NCBI GenBank assembly: GCA_964618635.1
Contig: CAZUDM010000016.1
Span: forward strand, 517 to 64,516
Source of the DNA: an uncultured Spirochaetia bacterium
Lineage (GTDB): Bacteria; Desulfobacterota_D; UBA1144; Nemesobacterales; UBA2774
Direction of reading: 5' to 3'
Length of the DNA: 64,000 nucleotides
Within the stretch, counting starts at the first letter, position 1, and each line of letters opens with the position of its first letter. Of the stretch, positions 1 through 9,760 are shown piece by piece. Below the pieces are notes generated by a model. It was not told the DNA's origin, did no database searches, and saw only the letters and a list, made by a program, of their open reading frames with translations. The position numbers were made by a program, and so were the translations under genes.

Positions 1-490
1 TCGCGTCTTCGCTAAATCTTCTTTTCCTGATTGATTTATAAGGTACCCCCTCACCCTTTATCCCTCTCCCCTACGGGGGAGAGGGGAGTGTGGTGGGTAA
101 GATTTTTAACGCTCACCTACTCGATTGTCTCGATATAGCAAGGAAGGTGATTCAAATGAAGGGACGAACGAACGGCGCTTTGAATTGAATACTTCCCTAT
201 GCCGTAATCCTGCGGACGTTGTCCGCCCCGGAAAGGTATCGCTGCGCTGCTTACGCAGCTTGCAATATAATGGGCTTTCGTATTGTGATTTATTGTTCTA
301 TGGCGACTAACGCACAAAGGGTGCTTTGAACCACCTGCCCTGCTACGTCGGAAAACACACTACGTGTGGCGGGCAGCGTCCGCCGGTGACCGGCGTAGCA
401 AGTCAGGTGCAAAAAATCACTCCATCGTGCGTCCGCTACTCCGAATCGCTTCCATCGATACGTCTACGCCCTTAAAAACAGTGGCGAAAT
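1..490. repeat. Mosaic REP-like repeat cluster
   Basis: CCTCTCCCC..GGGGAGAGG hairpin (~63-85); 1-275 is collinear with 24822-25050 (shared TAAGATTTTTAACGCTCA at 98 and 24862); GCTACGTCG...CGGCGTAGC hairpin at 342-399. Confidence 0.75.
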
Positions 491-546
491 CGTCCTTGAA
501 ATGGGTTAAACTATTCTCTTATAATAGAAGCCGGAGGTTTTAATTT

Positions 547-1167
547 ATGAAATTCGCAGTTGCCGCAATAATTATATTATTATCCACAGTCCACATCGCA
601 GAAGGAGCGACGGACAAGCCCATGCCTAATAAAATAAAACGTGTAAGCACTATTTCATCCCAGAAGGTAGGCAGCCTCGGAAGGTACAGCACGCAGCTCA
701 ACAGGGCTATAAGCGCGACAGGGCGCCTCGGTCTCACCCCGGAGCAGAAGGAAAAGGTACAGGCTCTCAGGAGAGAGTACATTGTCGATATGGCCCGTGA
801 CGAAAACGAGGCCAGGGACCTCGAAAAGGCTGCGTTCGACGCCCTCGGCAAGCCCTCCTTCGATCCCGCCGCCGTAAAGCAGCAGTTTAAGAAGGCCCGG
901 GACCTGGAAGCCGGCCTTGCCGACAGCTACGTCACCGCCCTCGCTTCGCTCCGTGAAATTATAGGCGAGGAAGGTTACGCCAAGGTGTCCGACCCGAAGT
1001 TCGCATTCTCCAGCGACCTCGTTCAGACGAGGCAGCGCGGAATCGTCGACAGGGACAGGGCCGACGAGCTCGACGTCGACGCCATCAGGGATAAAGCCTC
1101 CGGCGCCGGTAAGACGGGCGCCGGGTCCGACGACTCGGCCGACAAAGACGAAGGTATCGGCGAATAG
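547..1167 (+). CDS. Periplasmic Spy/CpxP-like (heavy-metal sensor family) protein
   Basis: Signal peptide; LGLTPEQKEKVQALR motif; helical protein. Confidence 0.65.
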   Translation: MKFAVAAIIILLSTVHIAEGATDKPMPNKIKRVSTISSQKVGSLGRYSTQLNRAISATGRLGLTPEQKEKVQALRREYIVDMARDENEARDLEKAAFDALGKPSFDPAAVKQQFKKARDLEAGLADSYVTALASLREIIGEEGYAKVSDPKFAFSSDLVQTRQRGIVDRDRADELDVDAIRDKASGAGKTGAGSDDSADKDEGIGE

Positions 1168-1256
1168 CGCGGTGTCAGGCGAGTGTTCGCAATCATACCC
1201 GGACGGGGGGCGGCTCTTCCCGTCCGGCGCAAATCCATTTCCAAAGGAATTCCCAC

Positions 1257-1883
1257 ATGAAAAAACCCCGCCCCATGGCAACGCTCTATAGGAATAACGC
1301 CTCATCCCCCGCCGCAGGCTCGGGAATCCTGTTGTCTGCCGCCGCCGCAGTGCTGGCGCTCCTTGGCATCATGCTGCTTTCGTGCACGGGGAGGGGATAT
1401 GCCGATCCTGTATCGACCCCGGACGACCCGGGCCGGACAACCGTGCGAGCCGCGTCCTCCGAGTCCGGTGGACCGGTGTCCGCTTCCCCCGACGAATCGT
1501 GGTTTCTCGTGGCTGAGGTCAAGGGCGATACCAGGAATTACAACGTCTACGTCGATACGTCCACGATACAAACTGTCGACGGCGAAGTGATGTCGTGGAG
1601 CAAGCTCGTCTTCCCGGAAGATCAGAAAGACTCCGACGGCCTGATATACAGGGAGGTCAGGATAGCGTCCGCCATAAACTGTGCTCAAAGGACATACATG
1701 TACAGCGCGTCCAAGTTCTACGACGCCTTGGGGCGCATGGTGTTCCACGAGACGATCGAGACGGAAAGGAGCCCTATACCCGGCGGCACGGTGAGCGAGT
1801 ACATCGCCAACTTCGTCTGCGGCTACAAGCCGCCGGCTTCGACAGGGGGCTCCGCGCCGCCGCCCTCGACGAAGTCGCCCTGA
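1257..1883 (+). CDS. Exported protein, surface-adhesin E-like domain (start uncertain)
   Basis: Hydrophobic N-terminal segment; W..V...YVDTSTI...WSK...INCAQRTY...YDALG pattern. Confidence 0.55.
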   Translation: MKKPRPMATLYRNNASSPAAGSGILLSAAAAVLALLGIMLLSCTGRGYADPVSTPDDPGRTTVRAASSESGGPVSASPDESWFLVAEVKGDTRNYNVYVDTSTIQTVDGEVMSWSKLVFPEDQKDSDGLIYREVRIASAINCAQRTYMYSASKFYDALGRMVFHETIETERSPIPGGTVSEYIANFVCGYKPPASTGGSAPPPSTKSP

Positions 1884-2009
1884 CGCTGGCGTTCTTTAAC
1901 AGCGGGTTCGTTTTGCGCTAGGCGTAGCCGGGTTCGTGCCTCTCTATACCATGCGCTTCGAGCGCGGCGATAAACTCGTCGAGCTCCCTGTTCGAATGGC
2001 CGGGATGAT

Positions 2010-2402
2010 TCAAGCCGTCCAGTTCCCGGTCACGAGCCCGGGGACCCTTACGAAGTGTCTGATATTCCCCGTGACGAGCATTTCCGCCCTTGAGAGCGCG
2101 GTGGCCGCTATGAGCAAGTCAGCGTCCGGGATGAGCGTGGATTCCTTTTTAAGCGCCGCCTTAAGGACGCCGAATCTTCTCAGAATGTCGTAGTCGGTGT
2201 GTATGACTGTGACGGTGAGAAAGAATTGTTGTATGAGGCTGATATTTTCGGCCTTCTTCGAGGAAGACTCCGCGCCGTAGTAGAGCTCGGCGACGGTCAT
2301 GAAGCTTATTCCAACCTCGGCATCATATTCGCCGCGCCGTTCGATGATTTTCTTGTTGCCGCGGAGAAGCTCTATGCAGACGTCCGTGTCGAGGAGTATC
2401 AT
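2010..2402 (-). CDS. vapC: PIN-domain toxin, VapC/FitB family
   Basis: MILLDTDVCI, AELYYG, DLLIAATA, LVTGNIRHF; ATGA overlap with upstream antitoxin. Confidence 0.9.
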   Translation of the reverse strand: MILLDTDVCIELLRGNKKIIERRGEYDAEVGISFMTVAELYYGAESSSKKAENISLIQQFFLTVTVIHTDYDILRRFGVLKAALKKESTLIPDADLLIAATALSRAEMLVTGNIRHFVRVPGLVTGNWTA

Positions 2403-2686
2403 AATTCGACTTCTCTTCCGAGCGTTCTCGACTCGTAAATCTCCTTGATAATGGTCTTGGCGCTTCGCCTGTCGCTCCATTTCCCGGACAGCTCTCCCCA
2501 TATGGCGAGCTGTGTCTCTTTATTGATCGGACTCGAAGCCCTTCCTGCCTCATCCTCGATCTTCGACAAACCGAGCTCGATGACGCGGAGTATTTCGTTG
2601 TTGAGGCTCCTTTTTTCCCTCCTGGATATGAGCTTGAGCTTGTCGAATACCGACTGGGATATGTTCCTGATAGTTATATTAGCCAT
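2399..2686 (-). CDS. FitA-like ribbon-helix-helix antitoxin
   Basis: MANITIRNI...LK...RSLNNEILRVI; translationally coupled to vapC. Confidence 0.85.
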   Translation of the reverse strand: MANITIRNISQSVFDKLKLISRREKRSLNNEILRVIELGLSKIEDEAGRASSPINKETQLAIWGELSGKWSDRRSAKTIIKEIYESRTLGREVEL

Positions 2687-2753
2687 GGGTATAGTATAGT
2701 TTCATATTGTAACTACTGCAAGCGCGGTCTGATGAGATACTGCACGGAGCCGC

Positions 2754-3227
2754 TCAGACTTTCGTACCGCCGCGCTTCCGCTCGTTTCCGCTAAATCCGA
2801 CGAACGCCAATAGCGTGATGTAGACGATCTGAAGGAGCACCCTGGAATACATCTCCGACGGCGGCCTTCCCCCCAGGCTTATGTCGTTCAGCGACGCGTA
2901 AATATTGGCCGGAAGCACCGCGATCAAAAAGGCTATGAGCAGGAGGCATGCGAGCTTCAAATATCTTCCCCACGCGAGCCAGAGGGCGCCCGCAATCTCC
3001 AGGGCCCCCGTGGCGTACACCGTCGTATCGTTTCTCAGGAGCTCAAACGGTATCATGCGCACGAAATCGTCCTTCAGCGACGTGAAGTGAGAAATTCCGG
3101 TGAAGAGGAACATCACGGCGAACCCGTATCTGAGGCAGTCTGTGAAGCCGCCGAATATCCTGAGGCCGAGAAATCCCGCTATCCTGAACACGGCCGTCGA
3201 TATAACGAGCACGTACAGCGAGATCAT
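2754..3227 (-). CDS. DoxX-like membrane protein
   Basis: TGISHF, TGALEIAG, AVLPANIY motifs; 4-5 hydrophobic segments. Confidence 0.75.
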   Translation of the reverse strand: MISLYVLVISTAVFRIAGFLGLRIFGGFTDCLRYGFAVMFLFTGISHFTSLKDDFVRMIPFELLRNDTTVYATGALEIAGALWLAWGRYLKLACLLLIAFLIAVLPANIYASLNDISLGGRPPSEMYSRVLLQIVYITLLAFVGFSGNERKRGGTKV

Positions 3228-3330
3228 GATATATCAGGATATATCGGCGGAGGCGCTATATAAAGCGAGGCGCACTAAAATTCCCACGCCTCGCCGGGTT
3301 GAATCGATGTGAATGGTTACCCTGTCTGTA

Positions 3331-3642
3331 TCAACCGTGTTTTTTCACCGCATCGTCTATGTGCGGCGCGGCCTTCGCGAGATCCGCAGGGGTCATCACC
3401 GGCTGAACCTCGAGCGCGGCGTCGAACGCGAGGAACCATGGCTCTCCTATCCTCGGAATGTCGGATGCGTCGTTCATCTCGACGACGAAAACGGCTGTCC
3501 TCAGGCCCTTGTCGGCAATGAAATATATAGACTCCGGTTTCTGCTCTTCGATTATGGCCTGTATCTTCGGTCCCAGCTCCCCCTTTCTGGCCGCCTCGTT
3601 TCCTGCCTCTACAGGAATGTTTACTTTGAACATGAATCGCAT
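3331..3642 (-). CDS. Conserved hypothetical protein (DUF3303/GYD-like)
   Basis: KPESIYF...RTAVFVV...IPRIGEPWF...VMT..DL pattern; GGGGA ribosome-binding site. Confidence 0.65.
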   Translation of the reverse strand: MRFMFKVNIPVEAGNEAARKGELGPKIQAIIEEQKPESIYFIADKGLRTAVFVVEMNDASDIPRIGEPWFLAFDAALEVQPVMTPADLAKAAPHIDDAVKKHG

Positions 3643-3731
3643 GAGTTATCCCCTTATGTAAGAAATTTTATATTACAGATTAAACTGTCTGCAGCGAAAT
3701 TAAAGAGGGAGTGGGGGCCGAAACCGCTTCG

Positions 3732-3779
3732 TTACCACACGCGACTCACAGGGTATTCATCGAATGCGGGATTATGCAG
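3732..3779 (-). pseudogene. C-terminal remnant of a PIN-domain toxin
   Basis: Reads LHNPAFDEYPVSRVW* directly after the antitoxin stop; resembles the D-x-AF-xx-Y-x-V-xxx-W* end of PIN toxins paired with Phd antitoxins. Confidence 0.6.
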
Positions 3780-3781
3780 GA

Positions 3782-4000
3782 TTATAACTCTTCTATCGGC
3801 TCGTCGAAGTTGTCCGCCATCCAAATTTTTCCCTTTGCCGAACCAAGCTTTCGTTCAGGCTTTGCCGCCGTCTGCGTCAGGGGAACCAGCCTGGCAATTG
3901 GTTTGTTCTTGCTGGTAATGATTACTTCTTCTCCTTTCTCAATTTCTTCCAGAAGCTTCGCCAGCTGCGTTTTCGCTTTTCCAAGGGATACTTTGATCAT
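3782..4000 (-). CDS. Phd/YefM-family antitoxin
   Basis: AKTQLAKLLEEIEKGEEVIITSKNKPIARLVP; C-terminal RKLGSAKGKIWMADNFDEP. Confidence 0.85.
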   Translation of the reverse strand: MIKVSLGKAKTQLAKLLEEIEKGEEVIITSKNKPIARLVPLTQTAAKPERKLGSAKGKIWMADNFDEPIEEL

Positions 4001-4198
4001 TCGTTTTCACCAGCCGATCGTTATTTATTAACATTTTGTCAGAATAGTTGATAAAATGTTCAATATTGAATGCTTTTCTCCGGTTTCTGACAGTTTAATA
4101 TAGAATATTGAACATCTAAATGTCAGAAAAGACATTTTCTTTGCCTCCGTGTATATTAATCCCCTTAAACATACGAAAATTGAGGGAGTGACCGACAC

Positions 4199-5203
4199 AT
4201 GACGGCAAAGAAACCAATCCTCGTCACGGGAGACAGACCTACGGGACGGCTTCACCTCGGGCACCTCGTGGGCTCGCTCGTTAACCGCATAAAGTTCCAG
4301 GACGACTACGACTGCTTCTTCCTCGTCGCCGATCTCCACATGCTGACGACCCACTACGACAAGGTCGGCGAGGTCGAGCGCAACACGCTGGAGATGGTCA
4401 TGGACTGGCTCGCCGTCGGCATGGACCCGAACAAGTCCACGTTTTACATACAGTCGCAGATCCCCTACATCACCGAGCTCTACGCCATACTCGCGATGTT
4501 CTGCGGCGTCCCGCGCGCCGAGCGCATCCCGACGCTCAAGGAGAAGATCCAGGACATGGGCGTCGGCGAGAACTATTCCGTCGGCCTCCTCGGATACCCC
4601 GTTCTCATGGCCGCCGACATTCTCATGTTCAAGGCGACGAAGGTTCCCGTCGGCGAGGACCAGCTGAGCCACATCGAGCTCACCCGCGAGCTCGCCCGGA
4701 GGTTCAACTTCCTCTACGGCGAATATTTCGCCGAGCCCGAGCCCGTGATAAGCGAAACGTCACGCCTCGTCGGCACCGACGGCAACCGCAAGATGTCGAA
4801 GAGCCTCGACAACTGCATTTATCTCTCCGACGACGCGAAGGAGGTCGAGGCGCGCGTCCGCACGATGTACACCGACCCGAACCGTATCCGCGCCGACATA
4901 CCGGGCACAGTCGAGGGCAACCCCGTCTTCATATACCACGACGCGTTCAACACGAACCTCGAAGAGGTCGAGGACCTGAAAACCCGCTACCGCGCAGGAA
5001 AGGTCGGCGACGTCGAGGTCAAGAAGAAGCTCGCCCGCGCCATCAACGAGCTACTCGAACCTATCCGTGAAAGGAGGAAGCTCTACGAGACGAGGCCCGA
5101 CGACGTCCGCGACATTCTCCGCGAAGGCACCCGCCGCGCACTCGAAGTCGCTCACGTCAACATGGACGAGATAATCTCGAAGATGGGCCTCTTCAAACCG
5201 TGA
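4199..5203 (+). CDS. trpS: Tryptophan--tRNA ligase
   Basis: TGDRPTG-HLGH (HIGH), [23 protein letters not shown]. Confidence 0.97.
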   Translation: MTAKKPILVTGDRPTGRLHLGHLVGSLVNRIKFQDDYDCFFLVADLHMLTTHYDKVGEVERNTLEMVMDWLAVGMDPNKSTFYIQSQIPYITELYAILAMFCGVPRAERIPTLKEKIQDMGVGENYSVGLLGYPVLMAADILMFKATKVPVGEDQLSHIELTRELARRFNFLYGEYFAEPEPVISETSRLVGTDGNRKMSKSLDNCIYLSDDAKEVEARVRTMYTDPNRIRADIPGTVEGNPVFIYHDAFNTNLEEVEDLKTRYRAGKVGDVEVKKKLARAINELLEPIRERRKLYETRPDDVRDILREGTRRALEVAHVNMDEIISKMGLFKP

Positions 5204-5280
5204 CGGATGGTGCCCTGTACGCTCCGCCTGCAGTAGTGGTGTACTGACAATTGTGTGGCTAATGGCATGACAACCTGATT

Positions 5281-5503
5281 TAAATCCCCCTGAATCCCCC
5301 TTTTTCTAAGGGGGACTTGGAAAACATCTAACTCTTGGGTGGGGCATACCTTTTGAATCTCTGGTGCAATCTATGATATTGCAAGCTGCGTGAGCAGCGA
5401 AGCAATACCTTTCCGGGACGTCAAAATTGGGCAGGCCACGCGTGCAGGAAATCGAAGTGGCACCTTTTTATTGTCATTCCCGAATGCTTGTATCGGGAAT
5501 CCA
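5281..5503. repeat. REP-like cluster left of GIY-YIG gene
   Basis: CCCCCTTTTTCTAAGGGGG (5296-5314); inverted copy of the 208-272/24973-25048 block (~5372-5450); GTCATTCCCGAATGCTTGTATCGGGAATCCA (5473-5503). Confidence 0.75.
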
Positions 5504-5547
5504 GCCTTTGTCTTTTCTTAAAACACAGCCCTGTTAGATTATTATTA

Positions 5548-5840
5548 ATGCAGAATCACGACTATTACGTCTACGTCATGGCAGGCCGAAAGAAGGGCAC
5601 ACTCTACATCGGCGTAACGAACGACTTGGTGCGAAGGGTATTCGAGCACAAGAATGATCTCGTCGAAGGGTTCACAAAGAAATGCAAAGTCCATGCCCTC
5701 GTTTATTACGAGCATGCGAACGATATTCACTCCGCTATTGAAAGGGAGAAAACGATAAAAAAGTGGAACAGCAATGGAAGATCGATCTCATCGAGAAGAA
5801 GAATCCCGGCTGGGACGATCTGTACCCTGAACTGCTATAA
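5548..5840 (+). pseudogene. Stand-alone GIY-YIG nuclease with a 1-bp deletion frameshift at ~5770
   Basis: YYVYVM...TLYIGVTNDLVRRVFEHK...AIEREKTIKKWN; the shifted frame continues QWKIDLIEKKNPGWDDLYPELL*. Confidence 0.85.
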
Positions 5841-5935
5841 GTGATATGGATTCCTGTAAGGAGCAGGGTAGGGAAGTTGGAGTATTAATGTTTACAATGT
5901 ATGAAAAAGATTCTTGATTGATTTGCTTGCGGAAA

Positions 5936-6012
5936 TGGATTCCCGATAGAAGCACTCGGGAATGACAGAAGGGGAGTTATTCCTCGCTCGCCCGCAACCG
6001 TTGGGAATGACA
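5936..6012. repeat. Inverted GTCATTCCC...GGGAATCCA REP plus partial copy
   Basis: TGGATTCCCGATAGAAGCACTCGGGAATGAC (5936-5966) is an imperfect inverted copy of 5473-5503. Confidence 0.75.
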
Positions 6013-6192
6013 AATTGTATTGATTCTCATTTGCGTGAGAATGAGATTAGGGATTAATCTAAAGTACGACGCCATATGCATCACTCCCCCTCTTCATCCC
6101 CGTCCTTCTTCCCGCGCCCGTAATACCAGTCGAGCCAGAAGAGGGCGGCGAAGCAGAGGACTATCCCCGCGGCGAGGAGGAGAGTGCTCATA

Positions 6193-6807
6193 TCAGTTGC
6201 GCGCCACGGGCTGCGGAGTGAGCTTCTGCTTCATCTGGTCTATGATCATCGAATCGATATACCCGTTCGATAACACCTCGTACCCGATGGTTCCCTGGTA
6301 GGTGTAGGGCCTGATGGAGTAGTCTATCTTCACTTCGGTAATGTCGTCGGAAATCTTTTTAACCGTGACCTTGAGATTCTCCTGCGTGTAAACGGTGTTC
6401 GCCGTCCCGGGAGTATACTTGGCTACCTTTTCGAGATAATCGTTTATGGACGAGGTCTGTATATCCGCCTTGGAAGGGTACGTGTACGCGCGCAGCAGCT
6501 TCCCGCTCTTCCTGTAGACGTACGCCTCTTTAAGCCTGATCACCCCTTCTGTCGGGTCAACGAAAGCGATCGGCCATTTCAGGATTTCTACGCTTTCGAG
6601 CGCCGCCGTCCACACATCGTTATAAGGCGCCTTGAAGTTGGTGTACTCTTCGCTTTTCCCGGTCGTGACGATGGCCGACGACTTGTCCTTGTCCCGCGCC
6701 TCCGAGTCGGAAGGCCTCTTTGTTCTGTACGACTCTGGAATGTAAACGCTCGGGCGGCTGCATCCGGCGGCCAGAAGAAAAGGTAGAAGAAGCAATATTT
6801 TTTTCAT
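6193..6807 (-). CDS. Lipoprotein of unknown function
   Basis: MKKILLLLPFLLAAGC lipobox. Confidence 0.7.
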   Translation of the reverse strand: MKKILLLLPFLLAAGCSRPSVYIPESYRTKRPSDSEARDKDKSSAIVTTGKSEEYTNFKAPYNDVWTAALESVEILKWPIAFVDPTEGVIRLKEAYVYRKSGKLLRAYTYPSKADIQTSSINDYLEKVAKYTPGTANTVYTQENLKVTVKKISDDITEVKIDYSIRPYTYQGTIGYEVLSNGYIDSMIIDQMKQKLTPQPVARN

Positions 6808-7166
6808 TCTTTATCGAATCCCCCCACTAAACTTTAACATATTCTCGCAACATTTCTCATAATTTTTTCGCCAATACACTGCACTTAAACGGGCTCCTCG
6901 CGGCGGTAAAGCGCCCCGATTCATTATACGTTTCGCAGGACCCGGGGGATTCCGGTGGCTCCTGTCACAGCTCGCGTCCCTTGCCCGAATTGCCGGGCTC
7001 CAGCTCGGGGCAGACAGGGACGAAATCTACGTAGGGCGTCAGCGAGGCGACGAGATTATTGGGTGTAAGCCGGCCGTTGTATCTGCAAGCGTCGAACTGA
7101 AAACACCTGCTCGCGATTATCCTCCGCCTCGGAAACTGTTTCATGGGGAGTCGCCCGGCGGCGGGG

Positions 7167-7946
7167 CTACTGAAGCGTGGACGACCTCTTTTCCGTCTCG
7201 CCGGTGAGCGCGCGGTTTATGGAATCCCACTTCGAAATCAGGGCGAGAAGCGCCGTGCCCGCCCTTTCGGTGTCGCCTTCCCTCGCCAGGAGAAACGCGT
7301 TTTTCAGCTCCGAAACGGAATCCTCGCTCTTGAGAAGGTCTGGCGGGATGCGCGAGCCCACCTCGCCGTAGTTCAGCATCACGAACCCGTCTTCGGCGAA
7401 CGGCGACAGCCAGTGCCGGAGGTTCCTCGCCCCGTCCGCGAGGCCGCTCACGATTTCCGCAACGGGCTCAGGCCCCGTCACGCCGGAGGCAATCCACTTC
7501 TCCAGGTCGCGCCCGGCCTCTTCGAGCCGCGCGGCCGCGTCCCCGATGCGAGTCCTGTAATAAATCGCATCCTGCTTCACGGCGCCCCATCCCGTATGCG
7601 TGTAGAAGTATTTCTTCTCCCCGGGCGCGTACATGAGAAACCATTCGAGCGGTATAAAATCCTCGGCGGTGAAGAGGTTGACGTTCGTCTTCGACCCGAC
7701 CGGGGTGAGGTAGTACTCCCCGTCCTCGTCCTTCATGAAGAAGCAGTCGCGTATAGTCTCCTTGGCGATGCCCGTCTCGGCGGAGAACGACTCCCTGAAC
7801 ACCTCGTATTCATTCCCGAACCACGTCGACTGCGGCGTCGCCGGCACGTCCCTGAACTTTTCGTAAAAGGTGATGTAGCTCCGCCAGTAGTCCTGGTCGT
7901 CGATCGAGCGCAGGGGCTCGTAAACCATGAGCACGCTTATAGCCAT
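7167..7946 (-). CDS. Hypothetical protein
   Basis: Long ORF with host-like codon usage; start placed at MAISV (uncertain). Confidence 0.6.
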   Translation of the reverse strand: MAISVLMVYEPLRSIDDQDYWRSYITFYEKFRDVPATPQSTWFGNEYEVFRESFSAETGIAKETIRDCFFMKDEDGEYYLTPVGSKTNVNLFTAEDFIPLEWFLMYAPGEKKYFYTHTGWGAVKQDAIYYRTRIGDAAARLEEAGRDLEKWIASGVTGPEPVAEIVSGLADGARNLRHWLSPFAEDGFVMLNYGEVGSRIPPDLLKSEDSVSELKNAFLLAREGDTERAGTALLALISKWDSINRALTGETEKRSSTLQ

Positions 7947-8073
7947 GAGACACACAACCTCCAGGCGTAAGTGTAGCAAATCTTGCGAAAAACCCCTAGC
8001 CCCGGGCGGCTCGGGACGGGCCCCTCTCACGGCAAGTCCCGCAGGCGCCGAAATCCTCCGTGCAGGCCCGGCG

Positions 8074-9447
8074 TTAGTAGCCCCCCTGGTCCTTTTGTAT
8101 CTGCGCTATATAGTTTTCGTCTATCCTGCTGCCCGCGAAGGCCTCGTTTGCGAGGTTCCGCATCTCGTAGTGGTTAACGATGGGCTTCTGATAGGGCAGC
8201 TTGTACGTGAGCGGGTTGTGTATCTTTTCGGGCTCGACGTCCGTCAGCTCCGGGATGTAGCGTTTTATGTAAATGCAGTCCGGGTCGGAGTTCTGCGATT
8301 GCAGGAGCGGATTGAATATCCTGAACGGCTTCGGGTCGGCCCCGCACGATGCGGACCACTGCCAGTTTCCGATGTCCACCGTCTCGTCGTAGTCTATCAG
8401 GTGATCGAAGAAGTGCCTGTCGCCCCAGCGCCAGTCGGTGATGAGGTCCTTCGTCAAAAACGAGGCGACGATCATCCTCACGCGGTTGTGCATCCACCCT
8501 TCCTCTTCGAGCTGCTTCATCCCGGCGTCGACTATCGGGTAGCCGGTTCGCCCGCTCCTCCAGGCGTCGTACCAGAATTCGTTGTTTATCCATTTTATGT
8601 TCCGGCGCTTCTCCTGGAACTCGAGCCCGCGCGTCTCGGGGAAGTGGTGCATGATGTGATACCAGAATTCCCTCCACGCGAGCTCGGAGACGAAAGCCGC
8701 CGTCGCCGGGCTTCCGCCCGAAGCGCCCTCGTAAACGCGCCTTACGGATACGACGCCGAACCTTAAGTACGGCGAAAGCTTCGAGGTGCCGTCCATATAC
8801 GGGAAGTCGCGCGTCTCGGCGTAATTCACGAAGTCGAACTCCGAGAGCCTCTTCTCGGGAAAGTCTATGGGCCATCCCGTGAGCTTCCCCGCGCCGAGGG
8901 GCTCGAGATGCTTTTCTGCCGGCGGTATTTCGAGCGCGGGAGATTCGATGCGCTCGGGGCCGGGCAGGGGAGGGTGCTTCCGCTTTCCCTGCCACATGCT
9001 GAAGAACGAGCTGAACGTCTTTCTCTGGTCTATCTCGTGAGGCGGGACTAAAAACGTATCGTCGAATTTCTTGAAGGAGACCCCGGTCAGCCTGCACTGG
9101 TGCTCGACTCCGAGGTCTCTCTTCACGCCCGAAAAACCGTACGCCCTGTTCGAGTACACCGCCTCTATCTGGTGCGTCTTCACGAACGCGGGCACGACCT
9201 CCTCGGCCTTCCCGCGGAGTATTACGAGGTACGACCCGAGGGCCCTCAGGTCGCGGTCGAGGGCCAGGAGCGCGTCGGCCAGAAATGCCACGCGCTTGTT
9301 CTCCGCCCCGTGCCTCGAAAGAATCCCGTCTTCGAGCACGAATACGGGCACTACTTCCCCGCTGTCCCTGACGGCGTTCGAAAGCCCGATGTTGTCGACG
9401 GTCCTCAGGTCCCGTTTAAACCAGAATAATGACCTTCCGTAAATCAT
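8074..9447 (-). CDS. phrB: Deoxyribodipyrimidine photolyase, class I CPD
   Basis: WFKRDLR..DN, TSKLSPYLRFG, ELAWREF, GRTGYPIVDAGM, WMHNRVRMIVASFL, RIFNP. Confidence 0.95.
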   Translation of the reverse strand: MIYGRSLFWFKRDLRTVDNIGLSNAVRDSGEVVPVFVLEDGILSRHGAENKRVAFLADALLALDRDLRALGSYLVILRGKAEEVVPAFVKTHQIEAVYSNRAYGFSGVKRDLGVEHQCRLTGVSFKKFDDTFLVPPHEIDQRKTFSSFFSMWQGKRKHPPLPGPERIESPALEIPPAEKHLEPLGAGKLTGWPIDFPEKRLSEFDFVNYAETRDFPYMDGTSKLSPYLRFGVVSVRRVYEGASGGSPATAAFVSELAWREFWYHIMHHFPETRGLEFQEKRRNIKWINNEFWYDAWRSGRTGYPIVDAGMKQLEEEGWMHNRVRMIVASFLTKDLITDWRWGDRHFFDHLIDYDETVDIGNWQWSASCGADPKPFRIFNPLLQSQNSDPDCIYIKRYIPELTDVEPEKIHNPLTYKLPYQKPIVNHYEMRNLANEAFAGSRIDENYIAQIQKDQGGY

Positions 9448-9760
9448 GAGCCTTTTGTTTCTCCTCCATTTTGTTTCCGACGCTTCCGGTCGCCGGCATA
9501 AAAACGTGACCGTCCCGTTTCCGGGCATAATCGGGGGGCGGGTTCGCGGGTACACGCGTTCCGTTCGGGCCATGCCTCCGCCTTCGGTCGATACTTCAAT
9601 TCTACTCGCTAATTTACCGGCATTCCACCTGAATTTGTGCCCGGAAGAATTTGCGGTGAGCGGTGCGGAAGCGCTTCCGGCGAGAATACGGCGCCCCCCG
9701 GCCGGAGGGCGCCCTGTGTCCCGTTTTAAGCTGACGCGTGCGGCGCGTCACACGGGGCTT

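Noticed and set aside
6930-7135. tmRNA or RNase P RNA
   Set aside because: Short look-alike motifs (TTCGAC, CCGGGCTCCA, GGCTTA) lie on opposite strands or lack the required flanks.
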